From the NCBI RefSeq assembly GCF_006345805.1, contig NC_042999.1:122636001-122700000 (forward strand): 64,000 nucleotides of DNA. Direction: 5' to 3'. The notes under the pieces are model-generated. The model was not told the DNA's origin and searched no databases. It was given only the letters and a program-made list of their open reading frames with translations. The stretch's first letter is position 1. Every line of letters begins with the position of its first letter. This stretch comes from Octopus sinensis (lineage: Eukaryota). Below, piece by piece: positions 53,801 through 64,000 of the stretch. Made by a program: the position numbers and the translations under genes.

Positions 53801-55710
53801 TTTTAAGTATTTCAACCTTATTACTTCCCAACCAAATGTATGTAAAGTCTCAGTTCAGGAAAAGATGTTGACATATTCCCTACATTTATGTGGCAGAAGT
53901 AATTCTAAAGAGTGTACTCATTTCCCTTTGCTTGCTTTTTGTATTATGCCAAGATGTTCAAAGAATTACTAAGTTTGGACACATGCCATATTACATTGCC
54001 TCAAAACATGCCATATTAGTACATGTTAATGGTAACTGTAATGATTCTCTTTCAAAATTCATTACTAATAACCTTTCACACTTCACTTCTTTTGGAAAGT
54101 TCCATTCATTCATGTCTTGCTTCCTTTCAACATTTAAAGTGAATTTGAGACTATTTATTCTTCAGATCTCCTACTGCTATTTCAAATATCACTAATGTTT
54201 TCTCAGCAATAATTGTTATTAACCTTCCGACAGAGTATCTGCTCTGGCATGTAATCATATTACTACCTTTCATTTTACTTATTTTCTAAGAATAATTATC
54301 TATAATTTTATTATCTTCAAAAGAAGTAGTATTGTTGTTACCTAGCCTTAACTTTTAAGTTAATCACATTGACAATACAGAATTCATTTAGATATAAACA
54401 TATTTTATTGTGTACATTGGCTTTCCTGGGATGGTGAAAACACAAACAAAAATGTGTTTGAATATACTCTTATATGCATTGATTGGAAGTTGTGGATAAT
54501 GTGAGCAAAGCCAGAGATGCAAGTACAATTCAGAGATAAATTAATGAAGTTATATACACAACAATAAAGGCTTGTTGTTCAGCAGTGGGTGTTATATATG
54601 AATACAAGACAGTAATAATGAGCATTACTTAAGGTTCTACATTACAAAACAGACACTTCAATAGCTCCATTAAGACTAAATCTATCAGAATGGACACCAT
54701 ACTTCAAAACCAAGGTTAAAAAGGTTTGGCAGATCCTGAATTGAATCTAAAGTAAAAAGAAAAAAATTTTTTGTCAAGCATCAACCAAAGTTAGCCAAAC
54801 AGATAAAAGAAAATGGGGAAATGAGAAAAGAATAATACTATGAGTGTCTTTGAAAAAATGTATATACCAGGCTGGTCTACTTTGATTACTTAATAACAAA
54901 ATAAGAACCATCAAAGTTTAAAAAATGAAAAAGTATTTGTTATTTCTTCTTAAAAGAAGCAGTCAAATTGATGAAGTTATAATTACTAAATTGGAAGATT
55001 TACTCATACCTTGTTTGATTACAAAAGGTTGCAAGAAGAGATAACCCAACAGTATGTTACCTGAAACAATAATATACATAATCCTATAGTTATTTATATG
55101 AAAGCCTCAGGTTAAGAAAATAGGGAAACAGTCTATTGCTCCTTTAAGTAAACCAAAAAATTATATGGAATATTTATACTAATAAGTTTTGAGATGATTT
55201 TTTTTTTATAACTGATGTACCAGAAATTTTGACTATCTAGAAAACTTTAAATATAAATTACTATATAGAGAAGTAACTTGTCAGGATATAATATTAATAG
55301 CCATCACTATTTGCATATAATGCATTAATAAGCTACTTAATTAATTAAATAATATTTATTTATTTGGAGTATAGCATAATTCAAAACATGTTCACCTAGT
55401 TTTGCATTTTGGCATGGAACTCTTCATGCATATATGCATAAACCATCTGCAAAAGTAAACAAAAGCCATTTATACATATTGATTATATTAAACAGTCTTA
55501 GCTTGATTTCTTCCTAAATTACTCACACTCCATCGTTTTTGTGACCACATCAATTCTCCACCTTATAATTCTTTTTCACTAATTCATCCCAACAACTATT
55601 TTAACTCTACTTCTAATTTTACTTGAAAATGTTTGGCAACTAAAAAGGAAATCATAATAGCTCAAGAGAAACAAACCATACTTAATTGTGGTCTCACTGG
55701 ACTAAACAGC

Positions 55711-55721
55711 ATATCTATCTG

Positions 55722-55800
<79 letters not shown>
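55711..55800. repeat. (ATCT)n microsatellite
   Basis: Directly visible. Confidence 0.95.
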
Positions 55801-55801
<1 letters not shown>

Positions 55802-55835
55802 CATACATATATATATATAAAATCACTTCATATGT

Positions 55836-55876
<41 letters not shown>

Positions 55877-56009
55877 CACTTCATATGTAGTTTCAATCTT
55901 CAAATGATCCTTCTATGAATGCTGGTAAACGTTCTGTTTTGGGCAAAATTACACGAGGTTATGCAATACTATGAGGGACCAAAAATTAAACACACAGATC
56001 ATTGGAGGT

Positions 56010-56665
56010 AACTTATAAGAATTCCTTAATTGTTATTTCCCTTGCATTAGCCCTGGATAAAGATGTCATATGTCTTTTATTCTTGTCTCTGAATGAAGCC
56101 AAGTGTTGCATGTATCTCTTCTTGAGGATGTCTCTAGTCTTTCCAATTTATGTTTTTTTTCCATTGAAATCCTTGTTGCTGGTCTTGTTTTACCTAGCAC
56201 ATATTGTTAAAGGGACAACTATTAGGAGATCTATAATTACAAGACCTTTGACAGAGTGTTCTTAATGTCATTATTCTTATTGTGATTGAAAGTCATAGAT
56301 CCTAAATTGAGGGCAGCTACAGCTAACTTTAACCATATTTCTATTAAAAATTTTGTGATATTTATGTGAGTGTGTTTCTATGAATTTCAAAACTTTTCTA
56401 GTTATATTTGTAGCTACATTCATACAGTATGGAGGATTATACCATAATATTTTTTCTTTATATGTATTCTTGTCCTGTCTATGTTTGATTCAATACAAGT
56501 TACATATTTCTTAAAATTGGACTTTTCTAATGTGGCAGTGTAATATGGAGCTGCCCTTTTGGAAGCTGCCTCATCAGAGAATAGGCTGGAAACACGCCTA
56601 CTAATGGCATTAACTGTTTGATGGTAGATGGTTAGAGCCACTGTCAACGTAGGAGGTGTCTTCAC
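56010..56665 (-). mobile_element. Decayed PLE (Neptune-type): RT C-terminus, linker and GIY-YIG
   Basis: Minus strand: ISRRVSSLFSDE..AAPYYTATLEKS..ILWYNPPYCMNVATNI..HKIFNRNMVKVSCSC..SCPFNNMC..KT*IGKTRDILKKRYMQHLASFRDKNKRHMTSLS. Confidence 0.85.
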
Positions 56666-56675
56666 TTGGTGTCTT

Positions 56676-57140
56676 TAATAGAAATGCGATTAAAGTTAGC
56701 TACAGTTGCCTCCCCAATATAGGATCGATGATGTTCAATCACAACAAGAATAGCAATATTAAGAATACCCCGATAACTGTACTTTGAACAATATGTTCAG
56801 AAAAAAGAACTTGTATATGGGGCTAGCTTCATGCACGTCAATAGACCACAAAACTTGCACTGGGAAGATTGGAAATACCTTCAAGGGAAAATACAGGCAA
56901 TTAGCATCACTCAAAGACAAGAATAAATGACATATATTTTTATCTAATATGGTAAGGACACTTAAACAGAGGAGCACGAAAACTCCCATATAAAGTGGTG
57001 TATCATGGAGAAGGGGATGGGGCAGCAAATGTAGTGTATGTATCACAGAAAAATTAAATACCATAACATCAACAGTGAACATTTTAAATATTGAAGAAGA
57101 AACCTCCCCTTGCATGCACAAACAACAATTCATACTTTGA
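56676..57140 (+). mobile_element. Decayed PLE GIY-YIG region, inverted relative to 56010-56665
   Basis: FNRNAIKVSYSCLPNIGSMMFNHNK..LNNMFRKKN..HKTCTGKIGNTFKGKYRQ..GSKCSVCITEKL..ILN..CMHKQQFIL*. Confidence 0.8.
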
Positions 57141-58439
57141 AATATCAAGCATCACGCTCTCACCCACCTTGCAACCTATCAAACCAGGGAAAAGTTTTGA
57201 ACATCAGTTCTATGCACGATATCATTACAGACATGTACTACCGGAAACTCATGCTAGAATTCTTAACTACACAAATAAATATAACATATGCATAACACAT
57301 GTTCATGATATCACACAATTCTCAAAAATATATGTATATGAACTTATAAATACTTTAATCAGCTTCCAACTTCATGGACTAATTTTGCATGTGAAACCTG
57401 TGAAATCACATATATGATAATATGCACATGCTCAAACATCAACAAAACACGTGATGAAGGTGTATGTATTTTTATAAATATAGGTGAGCATGAACGATCT
57501 CACATATAATAATTAAGGAATTGATTAATCTATGGTCAATACAAATACTTGCAAAAATTCAGGACCAAAGCATGAGAGATAACAATTTTGAAATTCTTGT
57601 AAGTTACTCCCCTGATCCGTGTGTTTAATTTGTGGTTCTGGAAGTATTGCATAATCTCATTTATTTATTATTTTTTTCTAAAATGGAAATGATTACCAAC
57701 ATTCCTAGACAGCTTCCTTGAAGATTGTGGAGGTCCTTACTGCATGAAACCACTGATTGTCCTGTTAGTCTACAAATAACGACTATTTATCTTCCAACCA
57801 CAGCATTGCATAATACTTATTCTGACTGCTCAATACTATTGTAGTGAGACAGGTTAGCACTATTTCGTTGTGGTGACATAGCACAGTTTTGCTACACCCA
57901 AAATATCTGGTTACTTCTAGCCCCAGAAGGTTACAGGAGGCAACTTCTGCCCAACACTGAAATGCACCAGTTTTGAAAGGCAAAAAGTCAGTTGCCAATA
58001 GAACATTGAGATGCAAACATCAGTTGTGGATTTAACATCTACATGACAAGATACGTTGCCAATTTAACACCAATTAGTAAACATCATTTTTACTGCTATG
58101 GGATTGCTACCTCACTTCACAACTAAGCTACACAACTCATCCAATATTTTGCACCAGTATGATCTTGAAGCTCTCAAGTACCGAATCTAAATACCTTGGA
58201 TGTTATAGAAAAATTAACTTATGTCTCACACTACACCCTGTTTGACTTGAATGCTTAATTACCTCGTGACATGCTTTCTACTATCACATGTGTGATTTAC
58301 CCTCAAAGAATAAATTGTTATGTTTATTAATGAAAGAATATTGCTTTCTGATATTTGTTTTTACGTTCATGTAAAATATACACTTGTACATTACTGGAAG
58401 CCTTTTTACATGCAAACAAATCATATACTTCCTAAACTA

Positions 58440-58440
58440 C

Positions 58441-58530
<90 letters not shown>
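58440..58530. repeat. (TA)n microsatellite
   Basis: Directly visible; abuts the LINE 5' end. Confidence 0.95.
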
Positions 58531-58531
<1 letters not shown>

Positions 58532-60825
58532 AATTGAGTACATCAACATTGAAGATGATGATATCACACTGGACATAGATGAGATTGACACAAACTCAGA
58601 TGCTGGACCTGATGGATTTCCAGCAATCCTTCTCAAATCATGCAAACAAGCCCTTGCAAAACCGCTACAGCTTCTTTTTCAGAGCTTTCTTGCAAGTGGT
58701 AAGCTCCCAATCAAATTGAAAGAGGGAGGTAATATGCCCTATCCATAAGGGAGGTAGCAGAGCAGTTACTAAAAATTATAGGCTTATCTCTCTGACCTCA
58801 CACATCAGCAAAGTCATGGAACGAATAGTCTGCAAGAAACTAATCATGTTCCTTGAAGAAAATGACTTGCTGACTGACACCCAGCATGGATTTCGACCAG
58901 GTAGAAGCTGCCTAACACAGCTCCTGCAACACTATGACTGGGTGTTAAAACAGCTACTAAATGGCTCACATGTGGATGTGATATATCTCGACTTTGCAAA
59001 AGCCTTTGATAAAGTCGACCACGGTATGATTTGTCACAAACTGCATGGTCTTGGCATAGGTGGAAAACTTGGAGAGTGGCTGCACAACTTCCTAAAAGAT
59101 AGAAGACAAGCAGTTGTGACCAATGGAGCCACCTCCAAGGAAACACAAATAACAAGCGGTGTTCCACAGGGCACTGTCTTGGGGCCACTGCTGTTCATAG
59201 TGGCCCTTTCAGACATGCACTCAGTTGCTAAGATGGCCACCTTTGCTAGCTATGCAGATGACACAAAAGTCTCCCACACAATGCAAAACCCTGGAAATAT
59301 TGCACATCTGCAACAGGAGTTGGATACAATATACTGGTGGGCTGAGGACAACAACATGCAGTTTAATGCAGGTAAGTTCCAGTCCCTGCGCTACCGGCAC
59401 ACAAAGGTAAATGACATGCAGACTGGATACACTGGCCCAGGAAGAATTGCAATCCCTGAGTCAAAATCAGTGTGTGACCTGGGCATTGACATGAGCAATG
59501 ATGCATCTTTCCAAGTGCATATTACTAATCTGGTGATAAAATGTGCCCTTAAATATGGTTTCTGATTACAAATATCTTGGGTCATACATATCATCATCTG
59601 GAAAAAACTTTCTAACTAGAAAGGGTATGGCCTGGTCAGCCAGTAATGACATGCATAAGATCTGGTCATCAAATCTAAGTAGAGACTTCAAACTTGAAAT
59701 CTTCAAAGCCACAGTCGAACCAATTCTACTATATGGCTCAGAAACCTGGACGTTATCAAAGAAGCTTGAGAGGCGGTTGGATGGAACCTACACTCGCCTC
59801 CTTATGAGAGCTCAAAATCTCTCGCGGAAGCGCCATCCAACCAAAATGCAAATATATGGGAAACTACCACCTGTGTCATCTCTTGTGAAAGGCAGGAGAG
59901 TCCAGTTTGCTGGACATTGTTGTAAAGCTGAAAAAGAGGTAATTTCTACTCTTCTCCTCTGGAAGCCATCTACTCGCAATACCAGAGGGTGCACACTCTC
60001 CTACCCTGATGTAATCTCCAGGGATACAGGCATCCAGCAACAGGACCTCCGTAATGCCATGATGGACCGTGAAATCGGGTGTAGCATGGTAAATTCCATT
60101 GTCTTGACCACGGTCGAACAATGATGATAGTGATAAAATGCAGACAGCTAGCTGGATGGATTCTCCGAACTTTCAGAACAAGAGAGAAGGAGACACTGAT
60201 GGTCCTCTGGAAAACTTTCGTCCTCAGCCGCTTGGACTACTGCTCCCAACTATGGTCACCACACAATATAAAACTAACAGCAGAACTCGAAGCAATCCAA
60301 AGAAGATAGTCTCAATGCAAAATATCAGCTACTGGGAAAGACTGAAAGTATTAAACCTCTTCTCCCTAGAGCGAAGGCGGAAGAGATATGCGGTGATATA
60401 CATCTGGAAAATCCTGGAGAGTCTTGTCCCAAACTTTGGCATTCAAAGTTACCCCAACTGCAGAACGGGGCGCCACTGCATGGTGCCAACGATTCCAACA
60501 TCACCATCAAAATACAGGACCAGATACTGCAACAGCTTGGGTTTCAGAGGACAACAGCTCTTTAACATCCTCCCTAAATGCCTGAGAGACTTGCATGGTG
60601 TGGATGTGGGTTTCTTTAAAACTAAACTGAATCTCTTCTTGTCAGGGGTCCCAGATGAACCTACCTCACGACAGGAGACACAGATGCAGGCAGCGGCATC
60701 GAACTCCCTTCTTGACCAAGTGCCACGTATCAGAGGTGGATTCACATATTAGTGTAGCTCATTCAGCAGTGGTGCCCCAGCATGGCCGTGGCCTTCAGGC
60801 TAAAACATTTTTAAGGATTTAAGGA
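58531..60825 (+). mobile_element. 5'-truncated CR1/L2-group LINE with reverse transcriptase, interrupted by a nested insertion
   Basis: AGPDGFPAILLK..NYRLISLTSHISKVMERI..QHGFRPGRSCLTQLL..YLDFAKAFDKVDH..GVPQGTVLGPLLF..YADDTK..; after the insert RQLAGWILRTF..LDYCSQLWSP..SYWERLK.L.LFSLERRR. Has frameshifts; 3' tail TAAGGATTTAAGGAT. Confidence 0.95.
59544..60129 (+). mobile_element. 5'-truncated RTE-clade (RTE-X-like) LINE nested in the CR1-group LINE
   Basis: YKYLGSYI..FKATVEPILLYGSETWTL..RRVQFAGHC; (ATG)n tail; 11-bp TSD GTGATAAAATG at 59533-59543 and 60130-60140. Confidence 0.92.
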
Positions 60826-60991
60826 TATATATATTAAATTCAACTTACGTTGAAAGTCAACAAAGTTTGCTTTAGAAGCTTTGAGATGTATTAAAAGATA
60901 AGGAAATAATTTTATTCCCAAACGCAGGATAATGTTAGTAATATAACATGAACAGGATAAACTACCCATATTTTGCAGAAAAATCTGTTAC

Positions 60992-61065
60992 TGGCCAGCC
61001 ATGAGACTTGAACTCACATCCCTGTAATTATACGTCAAGTGCTTTACCATTAAGCTAAATGGTCC
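60992..61065 (-). other. tRNA-like sequence (pseudo-tRNA or SINE head)
   Basis: A box TAGCTTAATGG; paired T-arm GTGAG-TTCAAGT-CTCAT; ends GGCCA. The anticodon arm pairs poorly, so it is not called a functional tRNA. Confidence 0.65.
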
Positions 61066-61149
61066 AGCGACAAATTCTTCTGCAACTTTGGGATATCCTG
61101 CTTTTGAGAATAAAATCATTTCCTTATCTGTGTGTGTGTATATATAATA

Positions 61150-61350
61150 ATGTTCTGTAAGCTTAAAGCTTATAAGTGATATCATGTATAGACTAAAGAA
61201 AATAGTCTAATATTGGGGTATATAAGCCCTCAACAGGAAAAAGTAGGTTTGCCGAATTTTTCCATCAAGAGATTAAAATGCCCCAATATTAGACTTTTTG
61301 TTAATCAATACACAATGATTGCTTTTAAGCTTTAAGCTTACAAAATATCA
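61150..61350. repeat. Small fold-back element (imperfect inverted arms ~70 bp)
   Basis: TGTAAGCTTAAAGCTTA (61156-61172) vs TAAGCTTTAAGCTTACA (61326-61342); AGTCTAATATTGGGGTA (61204-61220) vs TGCCCCAATATTAGACT (61279-61295). Confidence 0.8.
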
Positions 61351-61708
61351 TTGTTATTTACAGAATTGTCACTCATCACCACTTCTCAAATCATTATATG
61401 TATATACATATGCTTATATATGTTGATATATATATAATTAATTAATAAGGGTGAGAGAATTAGATACTATATCTATTCAACACCAAGTGGCCCAGTGCTT
61501 CGAGAAACCTGGATTATTATAATATTTTATTATATATTATAATATTTTATACAAAAATAAATATAAGAGAATGGTCACTATGTGGCTCATTCTAGCACTA
61601 GAAAATCCAAAAGGTTCCAACCACAAAAATACATGTTTCCCGTGAAAGTCAGTACGATTGTTAGCTCACACGAACAGGGCAAATAAAAAATAACAAAAAT
61701 ACAGATTA

Positions 61709-61789
61709 TTTTGGGACAATTGTTTCGCTATTAATGAATTAAATGTAATTTTACTTACAAAAAACCCACTTGTAGCTCCTCGGCCAAAA
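61709..61789 (-). ncRNA. Type I hammerhead motif (U4C variant), left arm
   Basis: Exact reverse complement of 62033-62113. Confidence 0.65.
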
Positions 61790-62032
61790 CTATCTGGATG
61801 AAATCCACTCAATCACACGCCAGATTTTACCATAACGATAAATACACGTGTGGTTCAATTGATTACATCCGACGTTATAATTCAAATGCCCCTACTAACA
61901 GCGCGCCAAACTTTGGCGCGCTGTTAGTAGGGGCATTTGAATTATAACGTCGGATGTAATCAATTGAACCACACGTGTATTTATCGTTATGGTAAAATCT
62001 GGCGTGTGATTGAGTGGATTTCATCCAGATAG

Positions 62033-62113
62033 TTTTGGCCGAGGAGCTACAAGTGGGTTTTTTGTAAGTAAAATTACATTTAATTCATTAATAGCGAAAC
62101 AATTGTCCCAAAA
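62033..62113 (+). ncRNA. Type I hammerhead motif (U4C variant) with long loop II
   Basis: TTTTGG-CCGAGGA-GCTA-[42 nt]-TAGC-GAAA-CAATTG-TC-CCAAAA: 6-bp stem I, 4-bp stem II, GUC triplet (cut after 62107), palindromic stem III ACAATTGT. Confidence 0.65.
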
Positions 62114-62268
62114 TAATCTGTATTTTTGTTATTTTTTATTTGCCCTGTTCGTGTGAGCTAACAATCGTACTGACTTTCACGGGAAACATGTATTTTTGTG
62201 GTTGAAACCTTTTGGATTTTCTAGTGCTAGAATGAGCCACATAGTGACCATTCTCTTATATTTATTTT

Positions 62269-62307
<39 letters not shown>

Positions 62308-63060
62308 TATGCACATGTGGGTGTATATTTATATATATTATCAAACTCATATATATGACATAGACATTTCATCTCTTTCTTCTTTCTTTCATTTCATATT
62401 TGAGAGTTTATTTTGGGAAGTTTAATTTAGTAGAAACTGTTGACAAGTTTTTTATCTCATTTTCACAATCATCCACCTGCACACTAATAGACAAATAAGC
62501 AAGAATAGATTTGAAGCTTTACCAACGGAATCTAATTTAAAAAAGACACAATTTCAAAGCAATCCAGAAATTGGTGGGTATGGAAAAAGCTACTGTTCTG
62601 TTTAGAAGATACTTTAAACAAATTGTAAAATTTTTATTTTCCAAATTATGAAGAATTTTCTCCAATGAAAAAATACAGCAGATTTTTCTATATGTATGCA
62701 ACATGCCAGAACATATTTCCTAACAAGCCAAATTTAGTAAACTTCATTTCAGCTTGGTGCTACAAAATATAAATCACTGACATGAATTTGGCATCTATGA
62801 AATAACAAAAGAATATGTTTTTGAAGACTTTTTCTCCAAAGACCTCATCTACTTACACGAAAGATATTACAAATTTGAGTACTGAACACTACTCAATTTG
62901 AATTCTCTTTGACTACAATCCTTGCAAAAAGAAACAAAAATACTGAATGTGTTCCTGTAACATTCACTCATGTATTATCTCACCATATATTTATTCCAAC
63001 TGAAATATTTTAAAATTGCTATTTAAGATATATTTCTATAACAGAATACTTTATATAGGT

Positions 63061-63215
63061 GCATGTATGGTTGTGTGGGAAGATGTTTGCTTCTAAACCA
63101 TGGTTTCAGATTCAGTGCCACTCTGCAGCACCTTGGGCAAGTATCTTCTACTATAACCCCCATGCCAACCAAAGCCTTGTGAGCAGATTTTGGACAGGAA
63201 CTGAAAGAAGTCCAT
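63061..63215 (+). mobile_element. SINE family A 5' half
   Basis: TGGTTGTGTGGGAAG..AGATTCAGTGCC..GCACCTTGGGCAAGTATCTTCTACTATAACC..AAGCCTTGTGAG. Confidence 0.82.
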
Positions 63216-63807
63216 CATATATATATATATAGTGAGAGAGAGACAGGCAGACAAACAGAGAAAGAGAGAAGTGTTATATTTAATTTGTTTGTCCTCATGA
63301 TTGCTTTTCTCTCTCTCTCTCCCTTTGTAGATATATATATATATATATATATCATAGCCATCAGAACTTACATGGTTTAACCCACCTTGAGGAACCAATA
63401 CTGGATAGAAAATACTTAGTAGTGCTCAAGTAACTCAAACTTAGACTCCAATGTCTTTATGAGGGACCACTTCCATGGCGAAAAGAAAAATCCTACAGTT
63501 CAGATCTCTGCATCATGATCTGAACTGCAAAATTTTCTCCTACTTTGATGATAGAGGCTCGATTTATCCAATGTTTAACTGTTTCCATTACTGGTTGTAT
63601 ATTTTGGTGAACTACATCTAACAGCATTATGATGAGTCTCTGAACCCCCAGAAATAGTTGTTAGACTTATAACACCTTACTCCCTCCCTTTAATTTTTTC
63701 TGACATTTGTACTCTATGTAAGTTTGATCTATTAATACATAAATATCTACATGTTTATTCTTAAATATCAAAATCTAAAATTCTTCAGTCTTTGCTTTCT
63801 TCCTGTT

Positions 63808-63810
<3 letters not shown>

Positions 63811-63849
<39 letters not shown>
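63811..63849. repeat. (TA)n microsatellite
   Basis: Directly visible. Confidence 0.95.
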
Positions 63850-63851
<2 letters not shown>

Positions 63852-64000
63852 AACTGTCTGATAAAATTAAAAAGTCAATAAAAGAAGATGGCGAAGAAAA
63901 ATATAAAAGATGTTTGGTTCATTTTATTTGTATCAAAATTGGAAAAGTAATGCAAATTAAAAAATTAAAAGATATACCTATAAGAATAAATATAAAAGGA

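Larger units (their letters stand above)
61552..62270. repeat. 719-bp near-perfect palindrome (359-bp arms, 1-nt loop, one mismatch)
   Basis: Centre C61911 in GCGCGCCAAA-C-TTTGGCGCGC; arms checked base by base; the only mismatch is C61617 vs A62205. Confidence 0.97.

Noticed and set aside
57718-57765. TTGAAGA..GAAAC possible HHR downstream of the PLE relic
   Set aside because: Stem II is wobble-rich and stems I and III are not formed; at most a dead relic.
60992-61065. Functional tRNA gene
   Set aside because: The anticodon stem does not pair and the acceptor stem has a bulge, so it is kept only as tRNA-like.
11-63398. Most ORFs in the supplied track (YIYI.., CVCV.., HTHT.., NNNN.., LSIY..)
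   Set aside because: They are read-throughs of microsatellites or SINE linkers with no protein-like content.
63496-63527. 11-bp inverted repeat CAGTTCAGATC/GATCTGAACTG
   Set aside because: Short and isolated, with no associated element or gene; could be chance.

Overview
AT-rich, repeat-dense eukaryotic non-coding DNA, probably intronic or intergenic. The SINE families and microsatellite load suggest a cephalopod, probably Octopus (my recognition, not a database result). I can support no host protein-coding exon: the ORF track is mostly microsatellite read-through or decayed transposon ORFs. The window holds many tRNA-derived SINEs (at least three families), decayed LINEs (RTE, BovB-like RTE, CR1/L2-group, R4/Dong-like), a D,D34D mariner remnant and three Penelope-like (PLE) GIY-YIG relics. 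The most notable signal is four different short non-coding repeat elements, each carrying a minimal type I hammerhead ribozyme (HHR) motif with a self-complementary stem III. They lie at about 11.0-11.3 kb (degenerate), 15.0 kb, 50.7 kb and 61.7/62.1 kb. The last is a 719-bp near-perfect palindrome with one HHR on each strand. Together they look like non-autonomous, PLE-dependent, retrozyme-like elements. Coordinates were read by eye; the ends of decayed elements are approximate (about +/-10-30 bp).
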